Assembly (NCBI GenBank): GCA_048937405.1
Contig: JBHLNF010000021.1
Span: 1-43,364, forward strand
Length of the DNA: 43,364 nt
From: Promethearchaeota archaeon
GTDB lineage: Archaea > Asgardarchaeota > Lokiarchaeia > Sigyniarchaeales > SOKP01
Direction: 5' to 3'
The notes under the pieces are model-generated. The model saw only the letters and a list, made by a program, of their open reading frames with translations. It was not told the origin of the DNA and made no database searches. Of the stretch, positions 1 through 9,847 are shown piece by piece (the first letter of the stretch is position 1; the number at the start of each line of letters is the position of its first letter). Made by a program: the position numbers and the translations under genes.

Positions 1-355
1 TAATAATCTCTTGTAGATTTGAATGATTTAGCTTTAGTGCTAATATTATTTTCTCCTTTAATTCTTTTGAAATACTTCTTAATTCCTCTATATTCATATT
101 ACTATGAATTTGATAGTAGTTTACCTTAATATCATTTACAATTTTCTTTAATTCATCAACACTTCGGGGTTTACTAACAACAACTGTCAGAATTTCATTA
201 GAAATATTATTAAGAAGATTATTTATTTCTGTTTTCTTTAGATTCCTTGGAGAAGAGGGGACATTATAAATAAAACCAACCGCATTAGCCCCTTTTTCAG
301 CACAAAGAGAAATTTCTTCTGGTTTTTTTAATCCACAGATTTTTACATACTCCAT
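1..355 (-). CDS. trpF: Phosphoribosylanthranilate isomerase (3' part runs off the window)
   Basis: Manual translation from ATG at 355: MEYVKICGLKKPEEISLCAEKGANAVGFI, the VKICG...GA.AVGF TrpF N-terminus. ATG overlaps the trpC stop (TAATG). Confidence 0.9.
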   Translation of the reverse strand, partial: MEYVKICGLKKPEEISLCAEKGANAVGFIYNVPSSPRNLKKTEINNLLNNISNEILTVVVSKPRSVDELKKIVNDIKVNYYQIHSNMNIEELRSISKELKEKIILALKLNHSNLQEII

Positions 356-1149
356 TAAGAACCACCCCTTAGTTCATGAATTTTTTCTTTTATATTTTCT
401 GATTGCATTATAGAAGAACCAATTAAGAAAGCATCTGCCTTATATGGAAGAAGAAAGTTGATGTCATCTTTAGTAGAAATTCCACTCTCACTAATTACAC
501 AAGTTTTATTTCCAACAATTTCTTTAATTTTTGGTATTAATTCCTTCGAAGTATTAAGATCTATTAACATATTATTTAAATTACGATTATTTACACCAAT
601 CAACTTGGGTATATGCCCAATTTCGAGTAAAGATTCAATATCTTTTAATTCTGATTTATCGTGAATTTCTATTAATGGTTCAAGATCATATTGAATTGCT
701 AATTCATATAAATTATTTAAGCTACCAAGTTGATTAATTAACAAGATATTAGTGGCTCCAATTTTTTTTGCTAATCGAAGCTGCGATTCATCGAAAACGA
801 AATCCTTCATTAAACAAGGAATTTTAGTAGCATTTACAGCTTCCATAAGATTTTCAAATGAACCATTAAAATATTTTGGTTCTGTAAGTATACTAAGTCC
901 AATTACTCCTGCATTTTCCATTTCTTCTGCAACTTTAGAAACATTTATGTTAGATCTTATACTTCCCAGAGAAGGAGAGGAAGGTTTTATTTCCGAGATT
1001 ATCGAAATTTTTCCTTGTTTACCAATATTCTCACTTAAAGTGATCCTTGAAGAAATTTGAAAAGTCTTAACTAATCTTTCAAATAAATCTATTTGTTTTG
1101 CCAGTGATTTTTTTCTGCTTGCTAAAATTTGATGTAGAATATTGGTCAT
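355..1149 (-). CDS. trpC: Indole-3-glycerol phosphate synthase
   Basis: EIKPSSPS, LSILTEPKYFNGS, LMKDF, IGVNNRNL, SESGI and LIGSSIM motifs. Confidence 0.97.
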   Translation of the reverse strand: MTNILHQILASRKKSLAKQIDLFERLVKTFQISSRITLSENIGKQGKISIISEIKPSSPSLGSIRSNINVSKVAEEMENAGVIGLSILTEPKYFNGSFENLMEAVNATKIPCLMKDFVFDESQLRLAKKIGATNILLINQLGSLNNLYELAIQYDLEPLIEIHDKSELKDIESLLEIGHIPKLIGVNNRNLNNMLIDLNTSKELIPKIKEIVGNKTCVISESGISTKDDINFLLPYKADAFLIGSSIMQSENIKEKIHELRGGS

Positions 1150-2213
1150 TATTTCTTCATAATATTATATTTTAAATTTTCTTTATTTCCACCAGAAACC
1201 TCGATAAAATTCTCGAGTTTCTGAAAAGCTTTGCCTTCTTCTATAGAATTTTTTGCTATAGAAATCCCCTCGTCAATGTCTTTTACAATATCTGCACTAG
1301 TAAGAGCTAAAGCAGCATTCATCAAGACAGTATTATACTTAGCCCCTTTTAATCGATTTTTAAGGATCCCTAAGGCGATTTTCAGATTCTCATCAAGATT
1401 TCCAGCTAATATTTCTTCCACATTGCAATCTGGGAGGTTGAAATCTTTATTTGTTAAAGCATAAGATTCTATATTCCCATTTTTAACCTCAGTTATATAA
1501 TTAATTCCTATAGGAGCTAACTCATCAATTCCATAGGAATTATGTACTGTGAATATATGTTTTCCTCCAAGATTTCCAAGAACCTTTGCCATAACTGGTG
1601 CTAGTTCTTTTTGAAAAACGCCTAGAGTATGACAAGGAGCATTTGCAGGATTTGTTAAAGGACCTAATATGTTGAAAACAGTTCTAATTTTTAATTCTCT
1701 CCTAGTTGGCATTGCATGTTTCATTGCAGGATGAAATAAAGGTGCAAACATAAAACCAATACCTACCTGTTCTATACATTTCTTAACCTCTTCAGGAGGT
1801 AAGTCAATTTTTACACCTAACCCTTCTAATAAATCTGCACTACCACATTTACTTGTAACTGCTCTATTTCCGTGTTTTGCGACTGGAACACCAGCACCCG
1901 CTACAACTAATGCAGATATTGTACTTATATTAAATGTTTTTACTTTATCACCTCCTGTACCACATGTATCTAATAATTCTCCATCTAATTGCGGTTCAAT
2001 TCGATTTGCAAATTCGCGCATAATTCGTGCAAAACCCGTGATCTCTTCTATAGATTCACCTTTCATATTTAAGGCTGTTAAAAATGCTCCCAATTGGGAA
2101 GGGGAAACTTTTCCACTCATTATTTCCCTCATAATATTTTCTGCTTCGCTTGTTGATAAATCAACTTTTCTAATAATTTTATGTAATCCGTTAATTATAT
2201 TTTCTTCTGACAT
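1149..2213 (-). CDS. trpD: Anthranilate phosphoribosyltransferase
   Basis: DTCGTGGD, FNIST, KHGNRAVTSKCGSADLLE and RTVFNILGPLTNP motifs; TAATG overlap with trpC. Confidence 0.98.
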   Translation of the reverse strand: MSEENIINGLHKIIRKVDLSTSEAENIMREIMSGKVSPSQLGAFLTALNMKGESIEEITGFARIMREFANRIEPQLDGELLDTCGTGGDKVKTFNISTISALVVAGAGVPVAKHGNRAVTSKCGSADLLEGLGVKIDLPPEEVKKCIEQVGIGFMFAPLFHPAMKHAMPTRRELKIRTVFNILGPLTNPANAPCHTLGVFQKELAPVMAKVLGNLGGKHIFTVHNSYGIDELAPIGINYITEVKNGNIESYALTNKDFNLPDCNVEEILAGNLDENLKIALGILKNRLKGAKYNTVLMNAALALTSADIVKDIDEGISIAKNSIEEGKAFQKLENFIEVSGGNKENLKYNIMKK

Positions 2214-2250
2214 TTTTCTACTTCTTTTTAAATTTTTATTCTGTTTTATC

Positions 2251-2269
2251 TACACATTATTAATGTGTA
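2251..2269. promoter_or_regulatory. 19-bp palindrome (candidate operator or RNA hairpin) upstream of trpD
   Basis: TACACATTA-T-TAATGTGTA. A TATA-like TTTATTAAAT lies on the - strand at 2300-2291. Confidence 0.45.
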
Positions 2270-2399
2270 ACTTTACTATATTGGAATTCAATTTAATAAA
2301 GCACATATAGAAAATAAGTAAGATGAGTTCAGAAAGGAGGATTAAAGAATAATAGAATGTGAACAATAAAATATGATTTAACCTATGTAAAGCGCGTTC

Positions 2400-2453
2400 T
2401 TATGCGCGCCAAAACCAATGCCAACGAAAAGGAATTATTTTTTCATTAGCCAT
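2400..2453 (-). CDS. Putative trp operon leader peptide MANEKIIPFRWHWFWRA
   Basis: ATG at 2453 and TAA at 2402-2400. Three TGG codons among the last 7 codons. Same strand as trpD, 186 nt upstream of it. A GC hairpin spans the stop codon. Confidence 0.8.
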   Translation of the reverse strand: MANEKIIPFRWHWFWRA

Positions 2454-2502
2454 TTTTTTAAACCATATTTCATATATATTGAAAGAATTAAGGATTCTCA
2501 CT

Positions 2503-2517
2503 ATTTATATTTTTTTG
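2503..2517 (-). promoter_or_regulatory. Candidate BRE/TATA promoter of the trp leader
   Basis: CAAAAAA followed by TATAAATA on the - strand, about 50 nt upstream of the leader ATG. Confidence 0.4.
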
Positions 2518-2675
2518 TATCTTAGTATTTTAGTAGACTCTTAAAGATAATAAAAACCCTCTCTGTTCTCTATATATTTATTATTAAAAAATTAACAAAT
2601 AGAGTTAATATTAAATTACTGTTATAATAGATTATATTGGGATTTAATTTTACTAATCTTTTAAATGAGTAGATT

Positions 2676-5534
2676 ATGGAGGAAATTGAACCTAAGAAGT
2701 TAACTCCTATGTTGAAACATTGGTATTCAATTAGAAAAAGGTTTCCTTCAGAATACCTCATTGCGTACCGTATGGGAGATTTTTATGAATTCTTTTATGA
2801 TGATGCTGAAAAAATATCAAAACTTTTAGGGATAACCCTAACAAAAAGAGGAGATATTCCCTTAGCAGGGATTCCTCATCATTCTGGTCATAATTATTTT
2901 AATAACCTAATGAATCTTGGTGAAACATTGGTTATAGTTGAACAATTAGAAGATCCTGCTACTGTAAAGGGAAGAATTGTAAAACGTGGGGTTACTCGGG
3001 TACTCTCACCAGGTACAATTATCGAACCAAACTTGCTAAAATCAAATGAAAACAATTATATTGCCTCCATGGTTAAAGAAAAAAATGGATTTGGCGTTGC
3101 TTTTATGGATATATCTACTGGAGAGTTTGTAGCAACTGAAATATCAAATAAGAATCAAGACTCACAAGAACAATTATTGAGTATATTTTCTCAATATGAT
3201 CCTGTAGAATTAATTATACCTCCTGATCTGAAAAAAGATGAGAGACTCTTTATAATATTAACAGACTTAACTAAGGCGATTATTAAATCATATGAGGATC
3301 ATGTTTTTTTACACGAGGAGGCATATTCGTTAATTTCCCGTCATTTCAAAATTACGAATTTAGAAAGTTTTGGTTTAGAGGATAAGCCAATGGCAATTCA
3401 AGCCGCAGGAGGTCTATTAGCTTTTTTAAAAGACACACAACGAGATGTGATTCCAAATATCTTTAAAATCAATATTATCCAAGAAGAAAATGTACTCCAC
3501 TTAGATTATATTACACAGAGAAATTTAGAGTTAATTAATTCACTTTGGGAGAGAGGTAAAGATGCTACATTATATTCTATTTTTAACCACACCCGTACTC
3601 CGATGGGTGCTCGTTTATTAAAAAAGTTTATCCTCCAACCTCTGACAGAAATTAAGGAAATTAATCAACGATTAAAAATCGTCCAAAAGTTTAAAGATGA
3701 TATTTTTCTAAGATCAGATTTAAGGGAAGAATTAGGTGTTATTGGAGATCTAGAAAGATTTATAAATAGAATTAATTTTGCAGGTCGTACTAATGCTCGA
3801 GATCTAATAAATATTAAGAATTCCTTAGAGAAAATTCCTACTATTAAACAATTACTGGAGAAGTCTGATATACCAGAAATTTCAAACTTTCTTGAAAAAA
3901 TAAATAATTTCAACGAAATTAAAGAATTAATTAATATTTCTATTAAGGATAATCCTCCCATTACAGTTAAAGAAGGAGATATTATTAAAAATGGTTTTAA
4001 TAATGATGTAGATGAGCTTAGAGATATAGTGCAGAATGGAAAGAAATATATTTTGGATTACGAGCGAGAACAGAGGAAAAAATGGAATTTAACATCGGGA
4101 TTGAAAGTTGGTTATAATAACATCCTTGGTTATTATATAGAAATAACATTAAGAACTCTTAGTATTATAAAGACTGTTCCTGAAGAATATAATGAGAGAG
4201 CAACCCTTAAAAATGCTAAAAGATACACTACAAAGCGATTAAAGGAGCTTGAAGAGAAAATAGTTAATGCAGAAGAAAAAATAAACGATTTAGAATATGA
4301 GATATTCAACACTATTCGAGAAAAAGTTGAAAAAGAAACTAAAAATATTCTTGAAACTGCCAAAAATATTGCTGTTATTGATGTACTTTCTTGTTTTGCT
4401 GAGATTGCAGAAAAATATAATTATTCTAGACCAATTATCACCCATGATAATAAAATAATCATAAAAGACGGTAGACATCCAGTTATTGAACAAATAAACT
4501 TAGATGAGAAATTTATTCCTAATAATTGTTATTTAGATAATGCAGATGACCAATTATTAATTATTACTGGCCCGAATATGGCTGGTAAAAGTACATTTTT
4601 AAGACAGGTGGCCCTAATTTGTATAATCGCACAAATGGGATGTTTTGTTCCAGCGAAATCTGCCACAATCGGAATAATTGATCAAATTTTTACCCGAATA
4701 GGAGCCTCTGATGATCTGGCGAGGAAGTTAAGTACTTTTATGATTGAAATGACTGAAACTGCTAAAATTCTAAATTTTGCTACACCAAAAAGTCTAGTGA
4801 TCATAGATGAGTTAGGGAGGGGAACAAGCACTAGTGATGGTCAAAGTATCGCAATGGCTACTCTTGAAAAATTAAATAAGTTAAAAGTTAAAACTTTATT
4901 CAGCACCCATTATCATCAATTAACGGAACTTAATTTACCAGGAGTAAAAAATTATCATTTAGACATTATTGAAAATGATGATGGGACTATAAATTTTGTA
5001 AGAACCTTAAAACCAGGAAGTACAGATAAATCTTATGGTATTCATGTTGCAAAATTAGCAGGAATTCCTGATGACGTGATAATAAGAGCTTTTGAAATCC
5101 TTGAACAAATTGAAGAAAAGGATCCTTTTAGGACAACAGTTAGACAAAATGGGGAATCTGCATCATCAAGTAAATATTACGATAAAATTATTGAAGAAAA
5201 AAAAGTTGAGCTAAAAAAGCTGAATGGAGAACTTAAAGCAATAAGGGCGTCATTAAACGAATGTATCGAAGATTTAAACCAAAATCAAAAAGAATTGTCA
5301 AAAAAGCAGAATGAAATTAAAGAGATTGAACTAAAAAAAGCAAAAGTTTCTGAAAGTAAACCTTCAAAAAAGAAAAAGTATGTACAGACAAGTTTATTTG
5401 AGCCATTAAGAAATAAAGAACATATAAACGATTTAGTTCACTTTATTAAGGAAATTATTATAAATTCTGAAAATCCAAGTGATTTAAAAGATAAATTAGA
5501 TGAATTAGTAAAAAAGTTAAAAAAACTCAGCTAA
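2676..5534 (+). CDS. mutS: DNA mismatch repair protein MutS (MutS1 type)
   Basis: YRMGDFYEFF mismatch-binding motif, TGPNMAGKST Walker A, STFMIEM, DELGRGTS, STHYH, SYGIHVAKLAG. Confidence 0.98.
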   Translation: MEEIEPKKLTPMLKHWYSIRKRFPSEYLIAYRMGDFYEFFYDDAEKISKLLGITLTKRGDIPLAGIPHHSGHNYFNNLMNLGETLVIVEQLEDPATVKGRIVKRGVTRVLSPGTIIEPNLLKSNENNYIASMVKEKNGFGVAFMDISTGEFVATEISNKNQDSQEQLLSIFSQYDPVELIIPPDLKKDERLFIILTDLTKAIIKSYEDHVFLHEEAYSLISRHFKITNLESFGLEDKPMAIQAAGGLLAFLKDTQRDVIPNIFKINIIQEENVLHLDYITQRNLELINSLWERGKDATLYSIFNHTRTPMGARLLKKFILQPLTEIKEINQRLKIVQKFKDDIFLRSDLREELGVIGDLERFINRINFAGRTNARDLINIKNSLEKIPTIKQLLEKSDIPEISNFLEKINNFNEIKELINISIKDNPPITVKEGDIIKNGFNNDVDELRDIVQNGKKYILDYEREQRKKWNLTSGLKVGYNNILGYYIEITLRTLSIIKTVPEEYNERATLKNAKRYTTKRLKELEEKIVNAEEKINDLEYEIFNTIREKVEKETKNILETAKNIAVIDVLSCFAEIAEKYNYSRPIITHDNKIIIKDGRHPVIEQINLDEKFIPNNCYLDNADDQLLIITGPNMAGKSTFLRQVALICIIAQMGCFVPAKSATIGIIDQIFTRIGASDDLARKLSTFMIEMTETAKILNFATPKSLVIIDELGRGTSTSDGQSIAMATLEKLNKLKVKTLFSTHYHQLTELNLPGVKNYHLDIIENDDGTINFVRTLKPGSTDKSYGIHVAKLAGIPDDVIIRAFEILEQIEEKDPFRTTVRQNGESASSSKYYDKIIEEKKVELKKLNGELKAIRASLNECIEDLNQNQKELSKKQNEIKEIELKKAKVSESKPSKKKKYVQTSLFEPLRNKEHINDLVHFIKEIIINSENPSDLKDKLDELVKKLKKLS

Positions 5535-6466
5535 GGAATTACAACTGGAATTATAAAAACTATAGTGCTTAAATAAACATAATATATAGTTATTATTGAA
5601 ACTAGGATAATTCGAAACAAATTCTTTCTATGTTCATTTGTTAAATTTTCCAGAAAAATTATCAATAATAAACCAATAAACATTAAATGTGAAGGTTGTA
5701 ATGCTTTCCACATAATTGAATCGATAAAGAAAATCCCATGAATCTCCTCATCATTATAAAACCAATTATTAATCATTTGAAAGAAATAATCAGGGAAAAT
5801 TATATAGGGGAGTGAAATTAGAAGAAACGGAATTAAATAATAAATTAAATCTTTCCATTTAACTCTTCTAGCTAGAATTATAACTGGAAGAAATAGTAAT
5901 GCAGTTATCTTAAACGTGCTCAATACGAATAATATACCAGAAATCCATTTTTTTTCTTTTTCCAAAAATACATAAGAGTAAAACAAAAAAAAACAAATTA
6001 AAAAATTAACATTATTAAAATATCCATCGATACTGAATCCTACTATGCTTAAAATATAAAAAATTAATAGATCCTTCTTTTCCTTAAATATCTTTGGTGC
6101 TTCCCTAACTATTATTATTGTTAATATTAATCTTAGTATATCCCAGACATAAATCATTATTATCAAATTATTTGGATTTAAGTAGACTGGGAGGTAAATT
6201 GGAAAGAATAAAAAGTACCAAAAATAAAGATAATAAGGAGGCCAATCAGATATTGCAATATCATTATAGAAATCAACCAACCCATTATTCATGCCTTCTA
6301 TTAGAATCTTAAAATCAATATCTTTTGTTTGATTAACCCATTCAGATACATCGAGGAAAAAGATTCTTAAAATTATGAGAATTATCGTAATAATTATAAA
6401 AAAGCAAATAAAATACTGGGGAATTGAAGATTTTTCTTTATTTATCTCTGCAGTTTGATTACTCAT
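5531..6466 (-). CDS. Polytopic membrane protein, probable GT-C (GT87/DUF2029-like) glycosyltransferase
   Basis: Many TM helices; DF...Y...YLYFW...FFP, N.N and FK motif pattern. Confidence 0.55.
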   Translation of the reverse strand: MSNQTAEINKEKSSIPQYFICFFIIITIILIILRIFFLDVSEWVNQTKDIDFKILIEGMNNGLVDFYNDIAISDWPPYYLYFWYFLFFPIYLPVYLNPNNLIIMIYVWDILRLILTIIIVREAPKIFKEKKDLLIFYILSIVGFSIDGYFNNVNFLICFFLFYSYVFLEKEKKWISGILFVLSTFKITALLFLPVIILARRVKWKDLIYYLIPFLLISLPYIIFPDYFFQMINNWFYNDEEIHGIFFIDSIMWKALQPSHLMFIGLLLIIFLENLTNEHRKNLFRIILVSIITIYYVYLSTIVFIIPVVIP

Positions 6467-6635
6467 AATATAATTCTAGTATAGTGATTAAATGTATTAA
6501 TAGAGATTTAAAAGACTTACTTTCCGTTAAAATTTATTTTAACCTTAATAGTGTAATATTTTAAATTTGATTGAAATGAGAAATTTATTAGCTAATAAAA
6601 TTATCTTAACATGGTAAAAAATTTTTAGATGAACA

Positions 6636-8489
6636 GTGAAAGTAAGAAAAATTAAAAAAATCCTACACGCGGATAAAATAGCTGCTGGAGAAGTAGTTGA
6701 TAGACCTGCTAATATTGTAAAGGAATTAGTTGAAAATAGTATCGATGCGAATGCATCAGAAATAAGAATTATTGTTAGGAACGCGGGAAAATCTTTAATT
6801 CATGTAATTGATGATGGTATTGGGATCCCCTCAGAGGATATTGAAATAGCTTTTGAAAGGCATACTAGTAGCAAAATTAGAAGTATTGAAGATTTAGAAA
6901 GTCTTTCTACATTAGGATTTAGGGGTGAAGCACTTGCTAGCATAGCAGCAGTAAGTAAAGTTGAAATAATTTCTCGAGTTAAAGATGAAGAGAAAGGAGG
7001 GCAGCTAATTATCGAAGGCGGAAAAATTATAGACAAAAAGAGAATTTCCTGCCCAGTTGGAACTGATATACAAGTAAAAAACTTATTTTACAATTTACCA
7101 GCACGACAAAAATTTCTCAAAACAGATGCAACAGAATTAGGTCATATTACAGATATTGTTCAAAGATATTCTTTAGCATACCCAAAACTCCATTTTATAT
7201 ATCATCATAATGAGTTAGATATTCTTAATTGTCCTGCTTCGAATGATTTGAAAACAATTGTATTCCACGTTTACGGAAAAAAAATTGCTAAATTCTCTGA
7301 ACTTATTGATTTTGAAGAACAAAACCCTTATTTTAAAGTAAGTGGCTTACTAGGTCACCCTGAAATTTCTAAGAAAAACCGAACATATTCAAGTTTATTT
7401 ATTAATCATCGATATGTAGTGAGTGATTTGTTATCAAGAGCAATCCAAGAATCTTATAAGGGAACTCTCATGGTGAGTAAATACCCATTTTATATTCTTA
7501 ATATTAATCTAGATCCTTCCGTAATTGACTTCAACGTTCATCCAAAGAAACTCCAAGTTAGATTTGAAAGAGAAGAATATGTTTATAATAAATTATACAA
7601 TATAATTAGAAATTTTGTTGAAGATAAGTTTATAATAAAGGAAGCAAAATATATATCTACAGAATTACATGATTTCATACCAAAGAAAGAAAAAGTACCA
7701 GAAGTGAAAAAGGAAATATCAGAGGTTCAAATTGAGCAAGAAAAAATAACTCAGGAACAACCCTTAAAAACTGAGGAATTTATACAACTAAGTTTAGAGG
7801 ATCAAAGAATTACAGATAAGCCATTTAAAAAACTTCCACTTGAAGCTCTACTAAGGGAAAAATACATAATTTCCGAAAATTTTCCTAAATTACGATTAAT
7901 TTCTCATACTGGTCAATTGAGCAATAAAGTTTATGTTGTTTTAGAAGGGATTAACGAAAATAATGAAGAGGGTCTATTCATCCTTGATCAACATGCTGCC
8001 TCTGAGAGGATAAAGAAAGAAAGATTCATCGAAGCTTTTGAAACATCAAAAATGAATAGACAAAAATTAATCTCTCCTTTAAAAATAAATGTAACTCCAA
8101 GTGAAAAGTACTTTTTACAAGATAATCTCAATGAAATCAAGAAACTCGGTTTTATCTTTGAATATTTTGGTGGGAATACGTTTCTTTTAAGAGAAATTCC
8201 AACTATTATGGGAAAAGTCCCAAATTTAAACATTATAAAAGAAATTATCGGTGATATAACTGAAATCGGTAAAGACAAGAGTTTTTCGGAGGTAACAGAA
8301 GATATTATAAACTATTTATCTTGTCATAGAAGCATTCGTGGGGGTGATGATCTCTCCTTAAAAGATATAAGAAATTTAATAATTAGCTTAGGTAAATGTA
8401 AAGACTCATACCATTGTGCTCATGGAAGACCTACAATAAGATTCTTTTCCTATAAAGAATTAGATAAGTTATTTAAAAGGATAGTATGA
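6636..8489 (+). CDS. mutL: DNA mismatch repair endonuclease MutL
   Basis: IAAGEVVDRP, VKELVENSIDA, GFRGEAL, DFNVHPKK; C-terminal DQHAASERIKKE, SCH and CAHGRP metal-binding motifs. Confidence 0.98.
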   Translation: MKVRKIKKILHADKIAAGEVVDRPANIVKELVENSIDANASEIRIIVRNAGKSLIHVIDDGIGIPSEDIEIAFERHTSSKIRSIEDLESLSTLGFRGEALASIAAVSKVEIISRVKDEEKGGQLIIEGGKIIDKKRISCPVGTDIQVKNLFYNLPARQKFLKTDATELGHITDIVQRYSLAYPKLHFIYHHNELDILNCPASNDLKTIVFHVYGKKIAKFSELIDFEEQNPYFKVSGLLGHPEISKKNRTYSSLFINHRYVVSDLLSRAIQESYKGTLMVSKYPFYILNINLDPSVIDFNVHPKKLQVRFEREEYVYNKLYNIIRNFVEDKFIIKEAKYISTELHDFIPKKEKVPEVKKEISEVQIEQEKITQEQPLKTEEFIQLSLEDQRITDKPFKKLPLEALLREKYIISENFPKLRLISHTGQLSNKVYVVLEGINENNEEGLFILDQHAASERIKKERFIEAFETSKMNRQKLISPLKINVTPSEKYFLQDNLNEIKKLGFIFEYFGGNTFLLREIPTIMGKVPNLNIIKEIIGDITEIGKDKSFSEVTEDIINYLSCHRSIRGGDDLSLKDIRNLIISLGKCKDSYHCAHGRPTIRFFSYKELDKLFKRIV

Positions 8490-8510
8490 AATAGTTTAAG
8501 AAACTTATTT

Positions 8511-8777
8511 TTACGCTTTTGAAAAAGCAATACCTTCAATTCCTTGGATGCCATCGACTTTGTGAAAAAATCCTTCAACTTGGTCTGTTCCACCCCATTC
8601 CTCTGGATATCGTACTCTAACTCTAGCTTTTTTCAAACCAAAAGCCACAGGCATTACTTCATAGGTTTCAATAATACAAGTATCAGGTAGAACATTTTTT
8701 AACTTATCAACAAATCCTTCGAAGTCTATATCTGTATCTTCAGGAATTACATCAATTAAAGCAACAAATTCTCCCAT
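8511..8777 (-). CDS. ef1b: Archaeal translation elongation factor 1-beta
   Basis: 88 aa with V.PE...D and PVAFGLK motifs; downstream of a Zn-ribbon gene, the usual archaeal arrangement. Confidence 0.9.
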   Translation of the reverse strand: MGEFVALIDVIPEDTDIDFEGFVDKLKNVLPDTCIIETYEVMPVAFGLKKARVRVRYPEEWGGTDQVEGFFHKVDGIQGIEGIAFSKA

Positions 8778-8800
8778 CTTAATCTCTCCATTTATTTATT

Positions 8801-8977
8801 TTAAGGTCCCTTGAACGAGCATTTCAAGCAAAAATATTCCTTACCCATCTCTCTACACCGTTCACAGCGCCAAATTGTAACATCTCCACAATGCGGGCAT
8901 GGAAAATGAACTGCAGCTTCAAAGGGTGCTATAGGGCGTCCACAACCGAAGCATACATTACCCTTATATGTGCTCAT
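8801..8977 (-). CDS. Small Zn-ribbon protein (HVO_2753/DUF1610-like), 58 aa, absent from the ORF track
   Basis: MSTYKGNVCFGCGRPIAPFEAAVHFPCPHCGDVTIWRCERCREMGKEYFCLKCSFKGP; four CxxC pairs, ends in GP. Confidence 0.9.
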   Translation of the reverse strand: MSTYKGNVCFGCGRPIAPFEAAVHFPCPHCGDVTIWRCERCREMGKEYFCLKCSFKGP

Positions 8978-9292
8978 TGAAATTTAATCACTATAAATTC
9001 AAAATTTTAACTTAAATTTTAAAATATATTATAACTTTAATTATTTTCTAATTTCATTATCTTCAGAGAAGATTTTATTTTGATAAATAAAATTTTTTTA
9101 AATAAATTAATCAGACTTTGGATCTGATTTAAATAGAAGTAGGATGGTTTTATTTAATTGTATTATTATTCTATTTATATTAATTGATTCATTATCGAAA
9201 AAATATTGAAATTAAATTTTAAATTGATAAACACCTTAAATCTTATATAGAGAATTAAATGAACAACAAAAATAACTTTAAAAGGTACTATA

Positions 9293-9823
9293 ATGCCAGA
9301 AAATAAAGTGAAGAAATATTTCAGTCTTATTGAGGCGTGGGCATGGTGTCCGATATGCGAGGATATGGTTGCCTTAATAATTGATAAAAACGAAATTATT
9401 GATGGGTTGAAGACTAGTATATATACCAAGGAATTTACTCATTCAAATCCTCATCCTGATACTAGTGATCCTGATGATTTGTCTGGTAATGAACACACAA
9501 TTTATATTTATATAAATGATAATTATGATATAACCGGAGTTAAAAGCTTTTTTGGAGAATCACCTACTACTACAGAAATTGGCGCACAAGCCGTAAAAGA
9601 AGGTGTAGAAGTTAGGATACCAATATTAGTAAAAGAAATTCCCCCTATGGCAGTACAATTTGGAATGCTTAATAAAGAACAATTTAAAGTATTAAAAATT
9701 TGTGATGGGATGAATACCATAGAACAAGTTGCTCAGATAGCTCAAATGAGTGTAAGGGACATTGAAGAAATGATGGAACAACTCCGAAATAAAGGATTGA
9801 TTAGAATTATAAAAAGACAATAA
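9293..9823 (+). CDS. Hypothetical protein with N-terminal CxxC/His metal site and C-terminal winged HTH
   Basis: WCPIC...H...H; VLKICDGMNTIEQVA...LRNKGLI. Confidence 0.6.
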   Translation: MPENKVKKYFSLIEAWAWCPICEDMVALIIDKNEIIDGLKTSIYTKEFTHSNPHPDTSDPDDLSGNEHTIYIYINDNYDITGVKSFFGESPTTTEIGAQAVKEGVEVRIPILVKEIPPMAVQFGMLNKEQFKVLKICDGMNTIEQVAQIAQMSVRDIEEMMEQLRNKGLIRIIKRQ

Positions 9824-9847
9824 ACATTTTTTTAATTTTTATACATT

